Of a stretch of 10,097 nt of DNA, positions 5,137-10,097 are shown piece after piece (the first letter of the stretch is position 1; each line of letters opens with the position of its first letter). The notes under the pieces were generated by a model. It was not told the DNA's origin, did no database searches, and worked only from the letters and a program-made list of their open reading frames with translations. Both the position numbers and the translations under genes were made by a program. Origin of the DNA: a virus (lineage: Duplodnaviria > Heunggongvirae > Uroviricota > Caudoviricetes); the IMG/VR virus record IMGVR_UViG_2537561978_000012, positions 1 through 10,097 of that record; one strand, 5' to 3'.

Positions 5137-5954
5137 AACCGGGAATTTATTTCGACATCAGCAACGAAGACTACCACGCCGGTGACGGCGTGAGTAAGTC
5201 GCAACTGGACATGGTTGCCAAGAATCCGGCGCTTCTTAAATGGGTTCAGGCAGCACCAGAAGACGAAGAGAAAAAGTCTGCACTGGATATGGGAACCGCA
5301 TTGCACTGTCTGCTTCTGGAGCCTGGAGAATTCGACAAACGCTTCATTGTTTCACCGAAGTTCGATCGTCGGACGAAACAAGGTAAAGCTGACGAAGAGG
5401 CATTTCTTCGTGATGTGGCGGATATGGGGATTACGGTACTTGATGCCGAGCAGTGGCGGAAACTGGAGCTGATGCGTGATAGCGCAATGGCTCACCCGGC
5501 GGCACGCTGGATGTTGGAAGCACCTGGTTACTGCGAAGCGTCAATGTACTGGAACGATGAAGAAACGGGTGAGTTGTGCCGAATTCGTCCAGACAAATGG
5601 CTGAACGAGCACAACGTGATCATCGACGTGAAAAAGGTTGCAGATATGGACCGTTTTGCACGTCACATCGAGGAATTCCGCTACCACGTGCAGGACGCAA
5701 TGTACCGCGAAGGCGCAATGAGGGTTACTGGTCAGCCGCATGGTTTTTTCTTTCTTGCCGTGAGCGAAAGCATTGATTGTGGTCGGTATCCGGTACGCGT
5801 GTTCGAGCTGGATGCGCCGGATGTCGATGCCGGGCACGCTCTGTTCCGCCGGGATCTGAATACCTATCACGAATGCCGCATCAACGATGAGTGGGGCGGA
5901 GTGGAAATTATTAAACGCCCTGACTGGGCACGTAAACAGGATATGTACGTATGA
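5133..5954 (+). CDS. RecE-like PD-(D/E)XK 5'-3' exonuclease (exonuclease VIII-like domain)
   Basis: 273 aa; nuclease motif arrangement RPD ... IIDVKK (D ... D-x-K). Sits directly upstream of, and is translationally coupled to, the annealase (ATGA overlap at 5951-5954). Not similar to lambda Exo as I recall it. Confidence 0.7.
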   Translation: MKPGIYFDISNEDYHAGDGVSKSQLDMVAKNPALLKWVQAAPEDEEKKSALDMGTALHCLLLEPGEFDKRFIVSPKFDRRTKQGKADEEAFLRDVADMGITVLDAEQWRKLELMRDSAMAHPAARWMLEAPGYCEASMYWNDEETGELCRIRPDKWLNEHNVIIDVKKVADMDRFARHIEEFRYHVQDAMYREGAMRVTGQPHGFFFLAVSESIDCGRYPVRVFELDAPDVDAGHALFRRDLNTYHECRINDEWGGVEIIKRPDWARKQDMYV

Positions 5955-6832
5955 GCAATGATATCGCAATCACATCACAACCAGGCGCAACTGTAGGCAC
6001 TGCTGCGGCAATCTTCAGCCCCGAGGGAATGAATCAACTGGTGCGTTTCGCTGAGTTGATGTCACAAAGCAAAGCGACTGTACCGAAACATCTTGAAGGC
6101 AAACCTGCCGATTGCCTGGCGGTGACCATGCAGGCGGCACAGTGGGGAATGAACCCTTTCGCCGTGGCGCAGAAAACGCATGTGGTAAACGGAACGTTAG
6201 GCTACGAAGCACAGTTGGTAAACGCGGTCGTATCCTCGTCAAGCCTGCTGGCGACACGCCTGAATTATCGCTGGAGCGGTGACTGGTCGAATGTTAACGG
6301 CAAAACAGATAAATCACCGAATCTGACGGTAACTGTGTCAGCAGTTCTTAAAGGAGAAGCAGAACCACGTGAGCTTACCATCAGTATGGCGCAAGCCGGA
6401 GTGCGTAACTCTCCATTGTGGGAACAGGATCCTCGCCAGCAGCTTGCCTATCTTTGCACGAAACGATGGGCTCGCCTGCACGCTCCTGATGTACTTCTCG
6501 GTGTTTACACCCCTGACGAATTACAGGAAACGGCACCGCGCGTTGAACGAGACATTACTCCGCAAACAACTACTGCTGCGGGAATGAACAGTCTGATCAA
6601 CGCTAAACCAGTGAAAAAGCCTGATGAGCAAACGCGTAAAGCGGATAGCCGTGATCCAGAAGAAATGCTGATGGCCTTTACCAGCGCAGCGATGAATTAC
6701 AGCACTGTCTCCGAACTGGATAAGGCTTACAAATACATTGCACAAAAACTTTCAGATGATGACGAACTGCTGGCAAAAGCAACCGACGTTTACAGCGTTC
6801 GTCGGGAAGAATTAAACGAAACATCTATGTAA
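5951..6832 (+). CDS. Bet/Red-beta-family single-strand annealing protein
   Basis: 293 aa. Collinear matches to lambda Bet as I recall it: AAQWGMNPF versus ANQYGLNPW, and PRVERDITP versus QPERDITP, with a similar hydrophobic core between. Confidence 0.75.
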   Translation: MSNDIAITSQPGATVGTAAAIFSPEGMNQLVRFAELMSQSKATVPKHLEGKPADCLAVTMQAAQWGMNPFAVAQKTHVVNGTLGYEAQLVNAVVSSSSLLATRLNYRWSGDWSNVNGKTDKSPNLTVTVSAVLKGEAEPRELTISMAQAGVRNSPLWEQDPRQQLAYLCTKRWARLHAPDVLLGVYTPDELQETAPRVERDITPQTTTAAGMNSLINAKPVKKPDEQTRKADSRDPEEMLMAFTSAAMNYSTVSELDKAYKYIAQKLSDDDELLAKATDVYSVRREELNETSM

Positions 6833-6881
6833 CCACCACCGCGGCGCCACACGCGCCGCACTGCAACCAAGAGAGGTATTT

Positions 6882-7130
6882 ATGAAAGGTGCATTAGGTA
6901 AGAAGGAACTCCTGGCGGTGGTGCCACTGTCATGGAGCACTATCGACCGTATGGAGCGCGCAGGGGAATTTCCTAAACGCTGGTATATCACTGACAAACG
7001 CTGCGCATGGAACCGTGACGAAGTTGAGCGTTGGCTTGATGAACGTCAGGCAGCAAGTCCGGCAGAGTTCCAGGGTAAAAAACCTCCTGTTCAGCAACGT
7101 GTATATCGTCCCGTGAGCAACGCTGCATGA
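6882..7130 (+). CDS. AlpA-family small HTH protein (excisionase / regulator-like)
   Basis: 82 aa; ATG at 6882 with AGAGG about 6 nt upstream. Sequence pattern LSWSTIDRMERAGEFPKRWYI...AWNRDEVERWL is typical of AlpA/Xis-type MerR-like HTH proteins that accompany P4-type integrases. Confidence 0.7.
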   Translation: MKGALGKKELLAVVPLSWSTIDRMERAGEFPKRWYITDKRCAWNRDEVERWLDERQAASPAEFQGKKPPVQQRVYRPVSNAA

Positions 7131-7239
7131 GTGCGCTGCTAAGGCACTGGAGCAAATGGTCAGGATGGTACTTATTCCTGGCCTCTGTTTCAGCATGGCT
7201 TTATCTGCTGGCATTAATTTTCAGAGAGGGTTGGATTAA

Positions 7240-7539
7240 GTGAGAAAGTTAAGCCGACTTGAAAAATATCACATGAATAAGGTTTCAATGCGTAGTCCGT
7301 CAAAGATTGTCGCCGTTACTCCTGCGGCGATAGAGATCGAAAAACGCGCGATTGAAAGAGAAAAAAAAGGGCAGTTCCGCATTGCCGCTCACCTTTGGCT
7401 TCAGTGTATGGATGTTGCTTCTGGTGATGTTGAGCGAGCAAGGATTGCGGTTCGCAGGGACCAATGTATCACAAAAGGTAACGGCCTTCGCCGTGGCGAC
7501 TATAGCGGCATAGGATGTTGTGGGGTGGTTTATGACTAA
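7240..7539 (+). CDS. PerC-like small regulator (tentative); start uncertain
   Basis: Track ORF begins at GTG 7240; alternative ATGs at 7273 and 7288, the latter with AAGG 5 nt upstream. Core EKKGQFRIAAHLWLQCMDV...ERARIAVRRDQC resembles the PerC-family pattern as I remember it. 3' end overlaps the methyltransferase start by 8 nt. Confidence 0.4.
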   Translation: MRKLSRLEKYHMNKVSMRSPSKIVAVTPAAIEIEKRAIEREKKGQFRIAAHLWLQCMDVASGDVERARIAVRRDQCITKGNGLRRGDYSGIGCCGVVYD

Positions 7540-8182
7540 GAAATACACACTAATCTATGCAGATCCACCCTGGGTATACCGGGACAAAGCCGCAGATGGT
7601 AATCGCGGTGCCGGTTTTAAATATCCGGTTATGAGTGTGCTTGATATCTGCCGCCTTCCTGTGTGGGATTTGGCCGATGAAAACTGTCTGTTGGCCATGT
7701 GGTGGGTGCCAACACAACCACTCGAAGCACTAAAAGTTGTTGAAGCCTGGGGATTCCGTCTGATGACCATGAAGGGCTTCACGTGGATAAAATGTGGTAG
7801 TCGACAACAAGATAAACTGGTTATGGGTATGGGTCACATGACTCGCGCCAATAGTGAAGATTGCCTGTTTGCAGTAAAGGGAAAACTACCTCCGCGCATT
7901 AATGCAGGGATCGTTCAGTCATTTACCGCACCGCGGCTTGAGCATTCAAGAAAACCAGATGTCGTTCGTGAAAAACTTGTGCAATTGTTAGGCGATGTTT
8001 CTCGCATTGAACTGTTCGCCCGCCAGTCGTCTCATGGCTTCGATGTTTGGGGTAATCAGTGCGAAGACCCGGCAGTGCAACTACACCCTGGATACGCGTT
8101 GGCTATTGGCGGATTAACAAATGCATTCAGCAATGCTCCGCTGTCACCAACAGACAACCAGGGGCGGGAGCGTTCAGCATGA
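7532..8182 (+). CDS. MT-A70-family N6-adenine DNA methyltransferase (orphan)
   Basis: Track ORF starts at GTG 7520; I prefer ATG 7532 ([14 protein letters not shown]...). Catalytic DPPW motif near the N-terminus. No adjacent restriction endonuclease candidate. TGA stop overlaps the phosphatase start (ATGA at 8179-8182). Confidence 0.8.
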   Translation: MTKKYTLIYADPPWVYRDKAADGNRGAGFKYPVMSVLDICRLPVWDLADENCLLAMWWVPTQPLEALKVVEAWGFRLMTMKGFTWIKCGSRQQDKLVMGMGHMTRANSEDCLFAVKGKLPPRINAGIVQSFTAPRLEHSRKPDVVREKLVQLLGDVSRIELFARQSSHGFDVWGNQCEDPAVQLHPGYALAIGGLTNAFSNAPLSPTDNQGRERSA

Positions 8183-8838
8183 ACCTATATCAACGCATCA
8201 ATGGCGCTGACTGGTGCAATATCTTCGTCGTCGGCGATCTGCATGGGTGCTACACGCTGCTGATGAACGAACTCGACAAAGTTTCATTCGACCCGGCGCG
8301 CGATTTGCTTATTTCCGTTGGTGACCTTGTTGACCGCGGCGCTGAAAACGTCGAATGCCTGGATTTGATTACTATGCCGTGGTTCCGAGCTGTTCGTGGC
8401 AACCATGAGCAGATGATGCTGGATGCACTGGTCAACGGCGGAAGTTTCGGACATTGGATGTCAAACGGCGGTGGATGGTGGCGCCAACTTGATTCTGAGC
8501 AGGATGTGCAACTCAAATACCTTCTGCCAAAGGTTACCAACCTCCCGATGATTATCGAACTGGTTACCGGCAATAAGAAGGTCGTCATCTGCCACGCAGA
8601 CTACCCCCACAACGAATACGCATTCGATAAGCCAGTACCGGAAGAAATGGTGATATGGAATCGTGAGCGGGTTAGCGACGCGCAGGACGGTATTGTCTCG
8701 GAGATAACCGGTGCCGATTTGTTCATCTTCGGTCATACGCCAGCACATCACCCACTAGTGTATGCAAACCAGATGTACATCGACACCGGCGCAGTGTTCT
8801 GCGGAAATCTGACGCTTACCAAAGTCCAGGAAGGATAG
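8179..8838 (+). CDS. Lambda-type Ser/Thr protein phosphatase (metallophosphoesterase)
   Basis: Track ORF starts upstream at 8059, but homology begins at ATG 8179 ([12 protein letters not shown]...). Signature motifs GDLHG, GDLVDRG and GNHE are present, and similarity to lambda phosphatase (as I recall it) runs end to end, including the C-terminal [13 protein letters not shown]. Confidence 0.9.
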   Translation: MNLYQRINGADWCNIFVVGDLHGCYTLLMNELDKVSFDPARDLLISVGDLVDRGAENVECLDLITMPWFRAVRGNHEQMMLDALVNGGSFGHWMSNGGGWWRQLDSEQDVQLKYLLPKVTNLPMIIELVTGNKKVVICHADYPHNEYAFDKPVPEEMVIWNRERVSDAQDGIVSEITGADLFIFGHTPAHHPLVYANQMYIDTGAVFCGNLTLTKVQEG

Positions 8839-8840
8839 AA

Positions 8841-10097
8841 TTATTTATTACTGTCTTCCATCCACTTCTCAAACTTCGACGGGGAGAACGGAATCAGATC
8901 CGTATGCTCCCCGTTAATCCAGGAATCAATCATATCGGCCCACTGCTGCAACATGTAGGCGCGCTGTCTGGCGTATTCCGCTTTGTTATATACGGCGCGC
9001 ACACCTTTCTGCTCATGTGCCAGAGCCTTTTCAATCCAGTCTGAAGGATAACCAGCCTCATGCAACAACGTACTGGCTGTACGGCGCATATCATGTACAG
9101 TGAAGTCCTGAATATACTCACCATCTTCATTTATTATTTTCACCGTTCTGTCGATCAGAGAGTTCAGTGCGGCATTAGATAATGGCTTCCGGAAATTGTA
9201 ACGACCAGGAACCAGATATTCACTTCCACCAGCGCACATCTGCAACCCAACCAATATATCCTGTGCCTGTTTTGGCAGGTAAATAACGTGCGCCCGGCTT
9301 CCCTTCATGCGGTCTGAAGGAATTGTCCATGTCCATTTTTTAAAATCTATTTCGTCCCACGTTGCATTGGTGAATTCGCCTTTACGAACCATAGTGATAA
9401 GCACCAGTTTTAAAGCCATTTTCATAGTGCCCATAGCACCAATGGCATCCAGCGTGCGGAAGAAAAGACCAATTTCTTCTGGTGTCAGCGTTCGCTCTCG
9501 TGGTTTAAATATGGCGATAGACGAAGGCTTAATATCAGCCGCAGGATTAAACAAACCATGACCGCGGTCATTGGCGTGACGGTATACGCTGCTGATGATC
9601 TCCCTGGCCTGCACTGCTGTTGCCCGGCCACCGCGTTCGACAATCCGGTCACACAAATCACGAACCATCGATGTGGTAATTTCAGCCATCATTTTGTTGC
9701 CAAGAACCGGAAGTATGTCACGGTCGATCACCGCCTGCTTCATTGCGCGGGTACTGTCAGCCAGGATGACGTGTTTCATATAACTGTCGGTATGTACCGC
9801 AAACGTCTCGGCACCACGAATCTTTTTGATACCGTCACGTTTAGCCGCAGCCGGCGACTGGCCTGCTTTAAGCAACTTCTTTGCAGCAATCAGTTCTTCC
9901 CGCGCTTCTGCCAGGCTGATACCGTCACGCCCATACTGCCCGATTACCAGTGTTTCGCGGCGACCGTTGATACGGTAGTCATAGCGAAACGAGACCGTAC
10001 CTGACGTAAGCACAGCTACATACAGCCCGTCACGATCGGAGACCTTGTACAGTTTGTCCTGCGGCTTGAGGTTTTTTAATTTTGTATCGGTAAGCAC
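8841..10097 (-). CDS. int: P4-type tyrosine integrase; N-terminus at or just beyond the right window edge
   Basis: 418 aa. N-terminal LTDTKLKNLKP...YKVSDRDGLYV...FRYDYRINGRRETL is typical of the arm-binding domain of P4-family integrases. C-terminal catalytic region includes HDMRRT and a Tyr-containing tail (RAVYNKAEY). First codon in the window is GTG at 10097..10095, so the true start may lie just outside. Convergent with the phosphatase gene, 2-nt gap. Confidence 0.9.
   Translation of the reverse strand: MLTDTKLKNLKPQDKLYKVSDRDGLYVAVLTSGTVSFRYDYRINGRRETLVIGQYGRDGISLAEAREELIAAKKLLKAGQSPAAAKRDGIKKIRGAETFAVHTDSYMKHVILADSTRAMKQAVIDRDILPVLGNKMMAEITTSMVRDLCDRIVERGGRATAVQAREIISSVYRHANDRGHGLFNPAADIKPSSIAIFKPRERTLTPEEIGLFFRTLDAIGAMGTMKMALKLVLITMVRKGEFTNATWDEIDFKKWTWTIPSDRMKGSRAHVIYLPKQAQDILVGLQMCAGGSEYLVPGRYNFRKPLSNAALNSLIDRTVKIINEDGEYIQDFTVHDMRRTASTLLHEAGYPSDWIEKALAHEQKGVRAVYNKAEYARQRAYMLQQWADMIDSWINGEHTDLIPFSPSKFEKWMEDSNK

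Noticed and set aside
5106-7782. Track ORFs 5106-5306, 5215-5472, 5541-5969, 5576-5776, 6015-6257, 6369-6587, 6521-6745, 6812-6997, 6930-7214, 7300-7548 and 7555-7782
   Set aside because: Embedded in or antisense to the exonuclease, annealase, AlpA-like, PerC-like and methyltransferase genes. No independent support.
8059-8178. N-terminal extension of the phosphatase ORF to 8059
   Set aside because: The extension lies wholly within the methyltransferase coding region in another frame. Homology to lambda phosphatase begins at the ATG at 8179, which has a Shine-Dalgarno and overlaps the upstream stop.
9226-9233. Chi-like octamer (CCACCAGC, the complement of GCTGGTGG) inside the integrase gene
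   Set aside because: A single Chi octamer in 10 kb is within what is expected for enterobacterial DNA. No clustering or orientation pattern to suggest a functional role.
9789-9804. LexA-box-like CTGT-N8-ACCG inside the integrase gene
   Set aside because: Imperfect match to CTGT-N8-ACAG, located within coding sequence and not near any promoter. No other SOS-box candidate was found near the repressor or early promoters.
8250-10004. Track ORFs 8250-8588, 8461-8751, 8930-9130, 9307-9561, 9558-10004 and 9595-9783
   Set aside because: Antisense to or out of frame within the phosphatase and integrase genes, both of which have strong motif support.
1-10097. tRNA genes, rRNA, CRISPR arrays, insertion sequences and terminal inverted repeats
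   Set aside because: No cloverleaf-compatible segments, no regularly spaced direct repeats with unique spacers, and no transposase-like ORF were seen. The repeat families present are explained as operators and iterons.

Overview
This window reads as the early / immunity / recombination region of a mosaic lambdoid prophage from an enterobacterium, ending in a P4-type tyrosine integrase at the right edge. All homology statements come from reading the translations against remembered phage protein families; no database search was run. Left half, minus strand, read right to left: Cro-like HTH protein, small zinc-ribbon protein, O-like replication initiator, lambda P-like helicase loader, then a nin-like block of small genes including a DUF1064-type nuclease and a partial Ea22-like ORF at the left edge. 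Right half, plus strand: a dual-HTH repressor with no peptidase domain, a strong terminator, a pL-like promoter, two small ORFs, a RecE-like exonuclease, a Bet-family annealase, an AlpA-like excisionase/regulator, a PerC-like small regulator, an MT-A70 adenine methyltransferase and a lambda-type Ser/Thr phosphatase. The most striking signals are five perfect TTACC-N5-GGTAA palindromes confined to three intergenic clusters (an operator network), an iteron-like repeat array inside the O-like gene (candidate origin), the non-cleavable repressor architecture, an untracked 50-codon ORF directly downstream of the pL-like promoter, and the methyltransferase-phosphatase accessory pair beside the integrase. 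No rRNA, tRNA, CRISPR array or IS element was seen.
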